Below are positions 1 to 15,000 of a stretch of 64,000 nt of DNA, one piece after another. Location of the stretch: NCBI GenBank assembly GCA_002269645.1, contig NIVC01001057.1:1-64000 (forward strand). The letters are read 5' to 3'. This stretch comes from Macrostomum lignano (Eukaryota). Within the stretch, counting starts at the first letter, position 1, and the number at the start of each line of letters is the position of its first letter. Made by a program: the position numbers and the translations under genes. The notes beneath the pieces were generated by a model that was given only the letters and a program-made list of their open reading frames with translations, had not been told where the DNA came from and did not search any database.

Positions 1-2183
<2,183 letters not shown>

Positions 2184-2475
2184 CGCGCACCGCCAGCGAG
2201 CTGCCCGAATGCCTCACCTTCTGCACGCCCCGCCTGCTTTAAGCGAGTCCCCCAGCCTCCTCCCCATCTCCGCTTCCTGGCCTCCGCGTCACTGGCCGCT
2301 ACTCCAGAGAGCCAATGCGCGGCTGGGGCCACTGCTAGTCCAGCTTCGCTGCAAAATTCAGCCTTCAGCTGGGAGCGTCTTGCGTTATGCCTCCATCTGC
2401 ATGCTTGCGACATCTTTCTGATATCCGATGCTGATGTCCGACAACACTGGCTGATGTATGATGTGCCGCATTCCT

Positions 2476-3482
2476 GTGTGGCATGGAAGCTGTGTCAAAT
2501 GACACCGGTCCTCCTCCTGTGGCATGGAAGCTGTGCCAAATGACACCGGTCCTCCTGTGTGGCATGGAAGCTGTGCCAAATGACACCGGTCCTCCTGTGT
2601 GACATGGAAGCTGTGTCAAATGACACCGGTCCTCCTGTGGCATGGAAGCTGTGTCAAATGACACCGGTCCTCCTGTGGCATGGAAGCTGTGTCAAATGAC
2701 ACCGGTCCTCCTGTGGCATGGAAGCTGTGTCAAATGACACCGGTCCTCCTGTGGCATGGAAGCTGTGCCAAATGACACCGGTCCTCCTGTGGCATGGAAG
2801 CTGTGTCAAATGACACCGGTCCTCCTGTGGCATGGAAGCTGTGTCAAATGACACCGGTCCTCCTGTGGCATGGAAGCTGTGTCAAATGACACCGGTCCTC
2901 CTGTGGCATGGAAGCTGTGTCAAATGACACCGGTCCTCCTGTGGCATGGAAGCTGTGCCAAATGACACCGGTCCTCCTGTGGCATGGAAGCTGTGTCAAA
3001 TGACACCGGTCCTCCTGTGGCATGGAAGCTGTGTCAAATGACACCGGTCCTCCTGTGGCATGGAAGCTGTGTCAAATGACACCGGTCCTCCTGTGGCATG
3101 GAAGCTGTGCCAAATGACACCGGTCCTCCTGTGGCATGGAAGCTGTGCCAAATGACACCGGTCCTCCTGTGGCATGGAAGCTGTGCCAAATGACACCGGT
3201 CCTCCTGTGGCATGGAAGCTGTGCCAAATGACACCGGTCCTCCTGTGGCATGGAAGCTGTGTCAAATGACACCGGTCCTCCTGTGGCATGGAAGCTGTGC
3301 CAAATGACACCGGTCCTCCTGTGGCATGGAAGCTGTGCCAAATGACACCGGTCCTCCTGTGGCATGGAAGCTGTGCCAAATGACACCGGTCCTCCTGTGG
3401 CATGGAAGCTGTGCCAAATGACACCGGTCCTCCTGTGGCATGAAAGCTGTGCCAAATGACACCGGTCCTCCTGTGTGGCATG
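2476..3482. repeat. 38-bp minisatellite (TGGCATGGAAGCTGTGTCAAATGACACCGGTCCTCCTG), about 26 copies
   Basis: Near-identical head-to-tail units, no spacers. Confidence 0.97.
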
Positions 3483-3902
3483 GATCTCGTCCTAAAAGTT
3501 CGCTGTGGCAAAACCCATTTGATGCAGTGCATTCGACAAAAAAGATCCGTTTGTGAAACCCTGAGAAAACTGTTTATTTTATGTGCAACTTCAGATGAAT
3601 GTTCTGCCTATGAGAATTCCCAGTTCAATTTCCCAGCTACAAGTTGAAATTCTTCTTTGATTTCTTTGATGCACCTCTGGCACGCAAAGTAGACCATAAC
3701 ACAAAATCCACTTTTACTGTCTGCCCTCTTTCTGGGCTTCCGCTTCCTGAAGCCGGTCGCCAACTCGATAAAAATCCGGGCTGGGGCAGAGCAGCTCAGC
3801 GGCAGACATGTCTAACTCTCGCTCCGCAGATCCCTGGTTCGATTCCGTGCGCAAACACATTTATTAGGGGCTTGTTCACTAGCAATTGGTCTGGTGGACT
3901 GT

Positions 3903-4184
3903 CGTGCTGGCGCCCCCGGTGCTGGCGCCCCCGGTGCTGGCGCCCCTGGTGCTGGCGCCCCTGGTGCTGGCGCCCCTGGTTCTGGCGCCCCTGGTTCTGG
4001 CGCCCCTGGTGCTGGCGCCCCTTGTGCTGGCGCCCCTTGTGCTGGCGCCCCTGGTGCTGGCGCCCCTGGTTCTGGCGCCCCTGGTTCTGGCGCCCCTGGT
4101 GCTGGCGCCCCTGGTGCTGGCGCCCCTGGTTCTGGCGCCCCTGGTGCTGGCGCCCCTGGTGCTGGCGCCCCTGGTGCTGGCGCC
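3903..4184. repeat. 15-bp minisatellite (CGCCCCTGGTGCTGG), about 19 copies
   Basis: Direct reading; produces the (VLAPL)n, (WCWRP)n and (GAGAP)n ORFs. Confidence 0.97.
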
Positions 4185-4517
4185 ACTCATGCACAGAAAT
4201 CGGTCAGATACTCGAATTCGTGCGTAACTTTCAAACAAAGCTGATTTTGTCTCCGAAGTAACTACTAGAAGTAGCGCGTGCGCAAAAATATCTGTTATTC
4301 GTAAAATTTGACATTGTAAAAGCTTCCACGCAAAAATTCTGAGACTCTTGGTCCAGTTTAAAGAGCTCCCAGACTGAGGCCTGGTACCAAACTCAATTTT
4401 ATTGTCGGCCGTAAGCATATCAACCGAGGCAGGATTAAGGGGACTCATTTATGATCACGGGAATCATTATTTTGAACGTAAAAAAACTGTTTTACAACAA
4501 AAACCAAGGGCGCTGTG

Positions 4518-4518
4518 T

Positions 4519-4580
<62 letters not shown>

Positions 4581-4585
4581 ACAGG
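4518..4585. repeat. (GGCA)n microsatellite
   Basis: Direct reading. Confidence 0.95.
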
Positions 4586-5207
4586 CACCCCTCGATCGCT
4601 TGCTTTTAGTGCATATTGAAAACGAAAAATTCTGCTTCGTCTGCTCAATTGAAATTCGCAGATCGTGAAAAAATGGAATATAAAAAAAGAGCGCCAATGT
4701 TTAACACTGAAGCCGGTATATTTTTACATAGAATTTGTTTTAAAAGGAAGCACAAACACCAAAGAAATTTCCCATTCCGTTAAAGCCTATCGATAATTCT
4801 GGAAGCAAATGATTCTGAGAGTTTTCTGAACAGGTAAAGCAGAACTCTGTAAAAATCAAGGTTTAGATTTTCTATTTCTATTCTAGATTCATCCATGCCG
4901 ATCACGTGAAAAAAATTAAGCTCAAAACGCACCTAGCAGTTCGAAGATGATCAAGCAAAGACAGAGAACATCCAATATCCTTCTCAAGCCAGCATTTGAC
5001 ACACGCGGAAATGCTTTCGATGGATTTCGAGCTGTCCATACTAATCTGATACCGACACCTGAGCGGTCTACTCTACTCGGGCGCTACCGCAGGAAATGAG
5101 GTGGGGATGCAAAATCTAGAAGAGATCTGTAAAGGGCAGGTGAGAATAAAGACAGTCACAGGTTTTGAAATGGATGCGATGCGTCGGTCTGGGTTCGCGG
5201 CTCGAGC

Positions 5208-6599
5208 TCAGGGCGGCTCGGCGGCGCCGCCGCTTTCCGGCGTCTCCTCGAAGTCGCGCTCCTTGCTGGCCGCGTAGTCGATGAGCTCGGCGAGCTGGCG
5301 GCTGGTCTGCAGGCCGTACCAGAAGATTGTCCAGTTCTGGTCGGCCTTCCAGCTGCCCTGGGACACGGTGTTGTACCAGGCGATGGCCGCCCTGTTGGTG
5401 ACATTCGAGCGCCAGAACAGCTGCGGGTAGTCCTTGACGATCTGGTTCCACAGCATCACGGAGATGCCCGTGCCCTGGGCGATTTCGCTCACCGCAATCT
5501 TGTCCAGGTAGGGGACGCTCACGTTCGGCAGGCGCAGGATCACCGCGGCTGCGTTGTAGTTCTCGCTGACGTACACCGACTCCACATGGCCCTGCACTCT
5601 CTCGAAGTAGTTGCTGCGCAGCTTCTTCTGGAAGGACTCGTTGATCAGCGTCACCATGCTGGGCTTCTTCACGCTGTCCAGCGAGCTGTAGCGGAAGATC
5701 TTCTCAATCTGCCTGATCATCGTTCCAGATCCGTGGTGGGTGAACAGCTCCTCGATCACCGTGTCGGCACTGGTGAGGATCACGGAGCTCTCGCAGGACA
5801 GGTGCTTGATAAGCTCAGTGGATCGCAACACCTTCGCCTGGTCCTCGCTGCTCAGGTGGCTATTCGAGCTGACCAACTCGTCCAAGTCTGTCGGCAGGTA
5901 GACGTCGCTAATTACTTTCCCATTGACGTCTTTCAGGCCGGCTTTCTGGCTCAGCAACATCACTTTGAGTGGCCTGAGTGTTGAGCACAAGTGCACCATG
6001 GTCTTCTGGGCGCTGGTGTCTGTGGGGCCGAGCATCGGGCAGCAGACGATGGGCAACGTGGAGTGGCTGCTGGACAGCAGCTCGGCGGGGTTGTGCTCGT
6101 TGCCAAGGATCAGTCTTGACGGCACGCCGCGCTTGTACAGCAGGGATTGCAGAAGCTGCACATTCTGGAAGTCGCGGTCGTTGGCCAGCTGGCACACCAG
6201 CACGGATGTCAGGTTGTTCTCGAACAAGAAGGTGGTGGACCACGTCAGCTTGCGCACACTGCTGGCGTCGCTCAGAACCTCTGGCGAGACCTGCATGACT
6301 GAGAAGGCTCGGCGCGGCGACTTCGCCGAGAAGATTTTGAAGTACTTAAACCACAGCCGGGCCTCCTTCGGCTTCCTGGTGATGTTTTCCACGAACTTGC
6401 GCAGCCCCATCGCCCGGGTGATCTCCTCCTGCGGCTTCGGCTCGGTCGTCATCGGGTCCTGCAGCCTCACCTGGCGGAACTGCGGCTGGCTGGACAGGGA
6501 GGGGTGGCCGCCGTGCACAAAGCCAGACGCGGCAACGGTTCGCTGCACCAGCAGCGGCAGCCGCCTGCAGAGCCGCAGCGAGCAGGACGGGCAGGACAT
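5208..6599 (-). CDS. NAGS: N-acetylglutamate synthase, vertebrate-like type (AAK-like domain plus DUF619/NAT domain), single exon, Arg-rich putative mitochondrial presequence
   Basis: 463-aa uninterrupted ORF. C-terminal PYLDKIAV..AQGTG..LW......PQLFWRS..N...WY...SQGSW....WTIFWYGL is the NAT/DUF619 signature. EELFTHHGSGTMI matches the arginine-binding ELFxxxGSGT motif. SFQKKLRSNYF linker. Strong GC3 codon bias. Confidence 0.9.
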   Translation of the reverse strand: MSCPSCSLRLCRRLPLLVQRTVAASGFVHGGHPSLSSQPQFRQVRLQDPMTTEPKPQEEITRAMGLRKFVENITRKPKEARLWFKYFKIFSAKSPRRAFSVMQVSPEVLSDASSVRKLTWSTTFLFENNLTSVLVCQLANDRDFQNVQLLQSLLYKRGVPSRLILGNEHNPAELLSSSHSTLPIVCCPMLGPTDTSAQKTMVHLCSTLRPLKVMLLSQKAGLKDVNGKVISDVYLPTDLDELVSSNSHLSSEDQAKVLRSTELIKHLSCESSVILTSADTVIEELFTHHGSGTMIRQIEKIFRYSSLDSVKKPSMVTLINESFQKKLRSNYFERVQGHVESVYVSENYNAAAVILRLPNVSVPYLDKIAVSEIAQGTGISVMLWNQIVKDYPQLFWRSNVTNRAAIAWYNTVSQGSWKADQNWTIFWYGLQTSRQLAELIDYAASKERDFEETPESGGAAEPP

Positions 6600-7200
6600 G
6601 CTTGACTGTCGGAGGACTCGGCGAACGCTCGCATGAGAACGAAGTCTGCTGGGCTCTGCTGTCCCGTACCGCTAGCCCCGGCTTATTACCGCTTGGAGCG
6701 GAGGAGTTCGCTGGAGGGGCGGCAGTCGGACAAAAACGGGTTTGAGTGGCTGCCGGAGCGGCTCTCGCACGAGGCGCTCGCGTGATCGCCAACGTGCCAA
6801 TTGGGCGGCCGCGAGCGCTGGGGCCGGAGGTGTGTGCGGGCTGGCTGTGGCCGCAGCCCCCTGATTTATTGATCTCGTCAGGGCAGCGCGCAGCGCCTCT
6901 CTGTCCGCCGCGCCAGTCGGCTCCCTTGGCTCAACGTGCAGTCGCTCCTCCCTCCCCTGCCCGATCCCGTATCGATCGGCTGCATGCGAAGCACGATAGA
7001 GAGCGCATTTTTCCTGCTAATGAAACGGAAGCGGAGTTGCAGGCGCAACTGGGGGGGGGGCACTCGTTCGTGTCGGACAAAAAAACTTTAGCAGTACGAG
7101 CTGCAGTGCGGCTCACTGCAGGGCTTGGAGTGCTTTTGCTCTCGTCTCAAAATAGCTCTTGCTGGTAACAGAAAATGATAAATTGAAAAATACAAGCTCA
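6600..7200. promoter_or_regulatory. Putative bidirectional promoter between NAGS (minus) and the PICALM 5' end (plus)
   Basis: GC/CpG-rich head-to-head interval. Palindromic CCAATTGG at 6797-6804 (CCAAT on both strands) overlaps GGGCGG at 6803-6808. PICALM coding exon 1 has a splice acceptor at 9040, implying an upstream non-coding exon or trans-splicing. Confidence 0.4.
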
Positions 7201-9061
7201 AAACATTCAGCAGGTTAAGGTCATCTTCACTCAGCCGAGCTCAAATGAACTCGTGCCCCCCCACCCCCCCCCAAGACGCAGCCCCAATGAGAAGTCCTGG
7301 CTACGCTGATGGTCAGATATCACAACCAGTCATCATCATGCCATCATGGACGGTTCTGTTTTTCAAGCTCATCCACATTTTTCCTTGAAAATGCTTTCGT
7401 ACAACAATTGAAGACTTTTTACTTAACACTACGTAACTTTTGATGCATAAGGAGTTCTTTACACGTGAAGCCTAAATCATCTTAGCAGACAATTGCACCA
7501 ATGACATGAAATGATAGTACTTGGTCAAACTATGTATGCATAGAGGCAGTTCTGGGAATAGAACCCACAGCTGAGACAGCTTTTGAAGACTCTCAAGGCC
7601 AGTGCACGGTTTGCTGCAATGTCAGACCCACTCTTGTTTTGCTATTTGCTACCCCTGCACAGAAAGCTCATTTGCAAAGCCTTGCGACTGGGGTGACAGC
7701 TGAACAGCTGAACCAGAATCGGTAGGAATTTGTCAGAAAACCAGACTATATAGAGTTATGCAAGATAATCGACTGCGAGAGAATAGCTTGAGAGCTTAAC
7801 GCATTTACTGTTACGGACGGAAGGGCGGGGCAGGCATGCATAGGTGCATGCAGACAGACGGACAGGCTACCGACGTTCCGCCAAGTAGGCAACAAACCGC
7901 ACAGTTAACTTCAGTAGGCTTGTTTAGCAGCGCAAAATTTATAAATGGCGCATCAATGCGCAAGGCTAAACCACAGATACTAAAATAACTATAGTATCCA
8001 GTTATTCTATAGTACGAGCGTATCTGTGGGCTAAACAAATCCAATGCCGAATTGAGGAGTTAGCTTAAGATAGTCCCGCAAAATCTTACTGTTTTCGTCA
8101 ATATACGCTTGTATAATGTTACATGTACATGTAAACAGCTGTAGAGAGGTACTTTTAGCAACCTAACAACCTTCCATGTACAACTTAATAAAATGCATTA
8201 ACAAGAGCCTTAGGAAATTAACAATAGCGACTGTACAAGGTCAAAACCGATATGTAGTTTATCAAAAAATTCTTTTCTTTCTTTCTTTGCTGCCTCCCCA
8301 ACGAGGGCGCAGATTTCTAGTCGTGTCTAATGACCTAAAATGGCTTGAAATTTTGAGCTATGTTCGAAAAAATATTTTAAAGCTCTTTTTGAAAAACATT
8401 AAGGGTGATTGGACTCTGTCGGTATGGATGCGATTTATACGTAAAATCGAGTAGAAGAAGCGAAAGATAAAATTCTCAAATTGTCGATTTAAATCACCAA
8501 CAGAACATGTGATGAAAACACTGCAAGCGACAATTAACATTCACAGTACTGTATTTATCTGAAATGCGCAAGCTTTACTATGTGTACAAGCTATAGAACA
8601 TGTAATAATAATTTGCTATCGTTGTAATAATTAAACAATGATCTAATAGTAACATTGCTGGTAGCCAAGACAAAGCAGATTACATAAGCAGATACAGGAA
8701 GTGGGTTAGGCGATTAACAATAATAGGCGAACTCACAATTTGCCTGTATATTTTTCCATGTACACAGCTAATTGGCCGAAATATCTGATAAATTAAATGG
8801 AAAATATTCTAAAGAAGCCGAAAAAGTATATAACTTAAGATAAGCATTATCGTTTGCAACATTTATTTGGTCTTTGCTGTTATAATAGAAAAACATTTTT
8901 AAGTTTATTTGTATAAACAATCAGGTTTTAACTTCTTTATTTCGAGACGTTTTATTTCCGTTGGTGTGTGTTAATGTTATATATTAAAAGAAGAAGCTCA
9001 TTGTACTTTAAGCTAACTGACTGGTTGCCTCCGTTGCAGGCAGCATTTTTGCTTTATAAAA

Positions 9062-12000
9062 ATGGCCGGAAAAGCTATCAAGCAGCTATCAAGTGGAGGA
9101 AGCGGTCAAAGCCTGAGCGACCGAATGACTTCTGCAAAGCATATAATATCTGGGTCTGGTCTCGGCCGAGCAGTTTGTAAAGCTACTACTGAGGAGATTA
9201 TTGCTCCAAAGAAAAAACATCTAGGCTGTAAGTTCATTCATCATGAAATAATGTATGATGCCCTAATTCATATATTTTCAAACTATTTCTAAAGTAATTT
9301 TTCTTAATAAGCAAAGAGTTAATTTCTTAATTTCTAAATTATCTTTTTAATTTAGATAAATAATTTAGATAATACGATAATAGGATAGTTAGACAATTTA
9401 GAAAGGAAGTATTTTAGAATCAAAATTGAAATAAAACTGATTGTATTATTTAGTATAGGCCTATGGCTATGGTATATATTTGTCATTATTTTGTTTTATT
9501 TTGTTTATTTTCTATAATTTTTTGTTGTAGTAGTAATAAAATATATACAAATAATAATATATTTTATAGCTAAAAATTTAAATTTAAATTTGATTTTTAA
9601 GATTAATAGCCTAATGAGGGAGACAAAGAATTGGCCTATAGGCCCTATTTAATAAAAATCTCATTAGTTCCTCTTTATAATTTTAGGTCTTTCTAAAATT
9701 AGAGGGCCATTACCATTCTACCCTTGGGTTACTCTTTTAATGAGTCTAATTATTATAAAAGAAACAATTTGATCATAGTCAATACAATATTTTAACTAAT
9801 TCAATAGTATATTACTGTATATGTATAATTATAATTACTATATTGTCGTAGGGATTACTTCTGTCCTCTAACTGACTTACTAATTGCTACCAAAGTTGTC
9901 CTACGGGTTATGCCTGTCTGCTAACTAAAGTTATCCTGATTGCACTTCTGTTTTCACTTCTTAATTGTTTCTTAGAATTTCATCTAAATATTTCTAGGTA
10001 GCGTTCTTAGTAGCATTTCTGGTAGCATTCTGGTAGCTTTCTGGTAGCTTATGGTAGCTTTCTGGTAGCGTTCTGGTAGCTTCTTATGTATGGCCTGAGC
10101 AGTCTAGTACTGGTACATGAACTTATCAGATTGTCCTAGTCGGGCGTTCACTAGGATTAGAGGGTCACAGCACAACTCTCTGAATTTCCTTTGTATATCT
10201 CCCAATCCCTTCTCTTAGCAATTTTCTGAGCACTTTTACTCCCTCTTTCCTTAAAATAACTAACTCAATAAGATTTCAAAGTTTTATCTGAGAATATAGA
10301 ATGAGCCAATGTTATAGCGTACGAATATTTCGAGAGCAAGAAAAGGTTACTTTTATTTAGGCAAAATTCACTCGTATATATAGGATTTGGGAAGACTAAG
10401 TTATAACAAAAAATATTTACCATTTATAATTTGCTATTTAAAACAAAGTAGAATAGTGTTTCTTAGTTTTTCACACTAATTCAGTTTTACTGTAGCTTAA
10501 GCAATTTTCGTGTGTATAAAAAGGATCAGCAAAGTTACAACGATCTATTAAGGTACAATTATAGAACAAACATTCTACTATAGGCACTAGCAAATGAATT
10601 ATTAAGGTGTTATAGAGATATACTATAGGCACTGGTACAATATTAATATGTACATTAATATGTATGTCATGTATATTAATGTTGTAAATTGTAATTAGTG
10701 AAAATAGTTATTTGAAATTAATTATTATCAAGATTGTAAAAAACTATGTTACAAATAATAAAAGAATTAATTTTATATTTTTGTTTCATCATTTAATAAC
10801 TTTTTCACTTTTAGTATTATTCAATATATTGGTTGAAACATTTTCATTTTAAAAATAATACAGCAAGTATTAAATAGTCTATAGCAAACAATTTTATTCA
10901 TAGGAAAAAAACTTGTTAGTGTTTTTAATATCTCAAAAGGTAGCAGTGCTAGTTTTTTAAATAAAAATCTACCCTATATGGTAATTAGGATTAAGCATAC
11001 AATTAATGAGCACTTACTAGCTTTTCATTTATTAGATAATTGGTCATGCACAATTAGCATTAAGTTGTGGAAGTGCACCAACAGTCATGTTAAACCTAAA
11101 ATTTGGCGCAGACCTAATTGAGTGCACCAACCAAAGCAATGTCAGCATCCCAGAGCTGGCCAATGCCCTGCTGGAGCGGCTGTCCAGCTCCAACTGGGTG
11201 GTGGTATTCAAGGCCCTGGTCAGCATCCACAGCGTCATGAACTATGGCAACGAGCGGTTCACGCAGTACCTCGCCTCCAACAACTGCAATCTGTCGCTGC
11301 GCAACTTCTACGACAAGTCCTCTGTGCAGGGCGCCGACATGTCGCGTTTTATCTGCCGTTACAGCGCCTATGTACAGGAGAAGGCTTTCGCCTACCGCAG
11401 CCTGGCCTACGACCTGTGCAAGGTGAGGCCGCGATATGACCTTCACCTGAGGTTGGGAAGAAAGGGCAGGAGATATGAGATTCCATTGACCCCTGAGCAC
11501 GCGCACCGATACGTACGCAGGCACACACACAGCGTGTACAGCGGCCCTGGCTTTGTCATTGTCAGTCAGTGCACACACTGCTCCTTGGGGTCGGCCCCGG
11601 CCTGACCGACTGTCCCATTGTCAGTCAGTGCACACACTGCTCCTTGGGGTCGCCCCCGGCCTGACCGACTGCCCCATTGTCAGTCAGTGCACACACTGCT
11701 CCTTGGGGTCGCCCCCGGCCTGACCGACTGCCCCATTGTCAGTCAGTGCACACACTGCTCCTTGGGGTCGGCCCCAGCCTGACCGACTGCCCCATTGTCA
11801 GTCAGTGCACACACTGCTCCTTGGGGTCGGCCCCAGCCTGACCGACTGCCCCATTGTCAGTCAGTGCACACACTGCTCCTTGGGGTCGCCCCCGGCCTGA
11901 CCGACTGTCCCATTGTCAGTCAGTGCACACACTGCTCCTTGGGGTCGGCCCCGGCCTGACCGACTGTCCCATTGTCAGTCAGTGCACACACTCTGCCCCT

Positions 12001-15000
12001 GGTAGAGGCAGCGCAAACGAGCCAGCCCTCGTTGGCGCAAATGGCACAAGCCCTCGGGCCAATTTTCGTCGGCCGCTCACGGAATCGAACCCGGGTTCTT
12101 TGGCGCGAGAGCTGGGCGGGTGAAGCTTGTAATTTATTTCTTTTCAGGTGAAACGCGGCTCCGACGACGGCGCCTTGCGTACGCAGAGCGTCGAGAAGCT
12201 GCTGCGCTCCCTGCCGGTGCTCATCGCCCAGTTTGACGCCCTGCTGGGCTTCGACGCCACGCCCAGCGAGCTGAGCAACCCCATAATAAACGCGGCCTTC
12301 CTCATGCTCTACAAGGACGCCAGCCGTCTCTTTGTGGTCTTCAACGACGGCGTCATCAACCTGCTGAGCACTTTCTTCGAGTCCATGAACCGCAAGCAGT
12401 GCCGGGAGGGCCTGGAGCTCTACAAGAAATTTCTCGTCCGCAGCGAGCGCCTCGCCGAGTTCAGCCGCGTGGCCGAGTCCGCCGGGGTGGACAGGGCGGA
12501 CGTGGCCAACCTGGAGCGGCACCCGACCTCCTTCCTGGAGGCCATGGAGTCGCACCTCGCCCAGCTGGAGGGCCGCCGCATCTCCCGCTCCAACTCCAGC
12601 AACAGCATCGGCTCCGCCGCCTCGCCCGCTCCTCCGACAGCCGCTGCCGTCTCCGCCTCGGCCGCGGCTTCCGCTGCCCCAGTATCGTCCGCCAGCATGA
12701 GCGAAGCCCAGCGCCAGGCCCTTCTGATGGAGGAGCAGCGGCAGCTGGACCTACTCAAAGCCGAGCGGCAGCGAAAGCTCGCCAGCAGCAGCAGCGGTGG
12801 CAGCGGCAGTCAGGGCGCCACAAAGCAGCCTCAGCAGCAGCCGCCGCCGCAGCAGAAGAGCAACGACGAAGACAACCTGCTGAACCTGATGGATTCGACT
12901 CGTACGTGCTATTTGCGGGTGTCCGGACCCAAACAGATCCATCCTACATTTTTAAATTTGCATTTCCTTTCAAACTTCTATTTCAAAGCATAAAGATGCA
13001 AATGTGAGTTTGCTACTCACTGTGGACTGACCATGACCTTAGTGACCTGATTTGACCTCACTGACCTGACCTCAGTAACCCTGACCTCACTGGCCTGACC
13101 TCAGTAACCTGACCTCACTGGCCTGACCTCAGTAACCTGACCTCACTGGCCTGACCTCAGTAACCCTGACCTCACTGGCCTGACCTCAGTAACCTGACCT
13201 CACTGGCCTGACCTCAGTGACCTGCCCTCAATGACCTGACCTCAATGACTTGACCTCAGCAACCTGACCTTAATATGAGCTAACCTGACCTCTGTGACCT
13301 GACCTCAGCAACCTGACCTCAATATGAGCTAACCTGACCTCTGTGACCTGACCTCAGTAATTTGAACTTAATAACCTGACCTCAGTTACCTGACCTCAGT
13401 GACCTGACCTGACCTCAGTGACCTGACCTCAGTGACCTGACCTCAGTGACCTGACCTCAGTAACCTGACCTCAGTAACCTGACCTGACCCCTGTCCATAT
13501 TTCAGCGGCTATCTCCTCGACGGTATTTTCGCCGTTCCCCCCGGCACAGCAGCAGCAGCAGCAGCAGCAGCAGCCGGCATTTGGTGAGTCGCTCTCAGCC
13601 TCTCGCTACAACACCATCATTGCTAAGCATTGATAATCCACAACTTCTTTGCGCATCTGGTTTGAAAAAAATCCCCTTCCGTTCCTTTCAGCTCCATTCT
13701 CCACGGCCAGCTTTTCCGCGTTTCCGCCAACAACGGGTGAGTGCTCAAAGACAGCTCAAGAACTGGAAATGTCATGCCTGATGTCTTGAACTCCATCACT
13801 ATTGCAGCATTCCCGGCAGCGGCTTACTCAACAGCTCCCGCCGCATTCTTTGCAGCGCCTCCTCCCGCATCCGCAGCATCCGGTGAGTCACCTGGGGCAG
13901 CTCAGGCGGGCATTGCGTAACACAGAATTGATGATGCTACCTGTTTCATAGCCTGCCAGCCAGCATACCAGAAGCAGAAATAGCCGGAATTACTGCTGCA
14001 AATTGGCTAGTGAAATTTCAGGCTGCTGCGGTAAACACAGCGGCCTGACCGGGGTGCTGGAGGCTGTAAAAGCATGAAAATTTATGATCCGGTCCGCATG
14101 GCGGCAGGTGAGATTGTAATCAGCAAAATATTTCTCACGCGCTGGCGGCGCTGCGCAGCTGGGCGCCCGCCGCAACGCTTTTCCTAATCTGCTGGGTAAA
14201 GCCGCGATTAATTCGGGCTGCAATCTTCAACACCCTATTGTTAGTAGCAGCCTTAGCTTTTTAGATTTTTTAGCAAAATCGATAATTAGAAACCGTTTCG
14301 GGCTATTTGAAGGTTTCAAATCTGTTAACACCTGATCTGTGCCGTAATGCTGTTGCTGGGAAATCTTTCAATTTTCTCCACATCCTCAGTTTTCACCCCA
14401 AAGTCCCACATTTCACCTCCATCCCCATTGTTATCCCAGATCATCAATTTTCAACTTAGACCCAAAATATTAACCTCGCATCATAAAAGCTCATCCCAGA
14501 TCCAAAACTTGCATCCCCAGATCCCAAACTTGCATCCCAGATCCAAAACTTGCATCCCAGATCCCAAACTTGCATCCCCAGATCCCAAACTTGCATCCCA
14601 GATCCAAAACTTGCATCCCAGATCCCAAACTTGCATCCCCAGATCCCAAACTTGCATCCCAGATCCAAAACTTGCATCCCAGATCCCAAACTTGCATCCC
14701 CAGATCCCAAACTTGCATCCCCAGATCCCAAACTTGCATCCCAGATCCCAAACTTGCATCATAGATCCCAAACTTTCATCCCAGATCCAAAACTTGCATC
14801 CCGCAGATCCAAACTTGCACCCCAGATCCCAAACTTGCTCCCCGCAGATCCAAACTTGCATCCCAAATCCCAAACTTGCACCCCAGATCCCAAACTTGCA
14901 TCCCAGATCCAAAACTTGCATCCCAGATCCCAAACTTGCATCCCCAGATCCCAAACTTGCATCCCCAGATCCCAAACTTGCATCCCAGATCCCAAACTTG

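Noticed and set aside
2476-3482. CRISPR-like appearance of the 38-bp array
   Set aside because: Units are contiguous with no variable spacers.
5116-6792. Overlapping and antisense ORFs across NAGS (likewise across the LINE, mariner, RNGTT and DMAP1)
   Set aside because: Shadow frames of GC3-rich coding sequence.
14022-14030. 9-nt micro-exon candidate TTTCAG|GCTGCTGCG|GTAAAC in PICALM intron 6
   Set aside because: In the required phase it would encode G-C-C, unlike the surrounding Ala/Pro/Phe tail; cannot be supported without RNA data.
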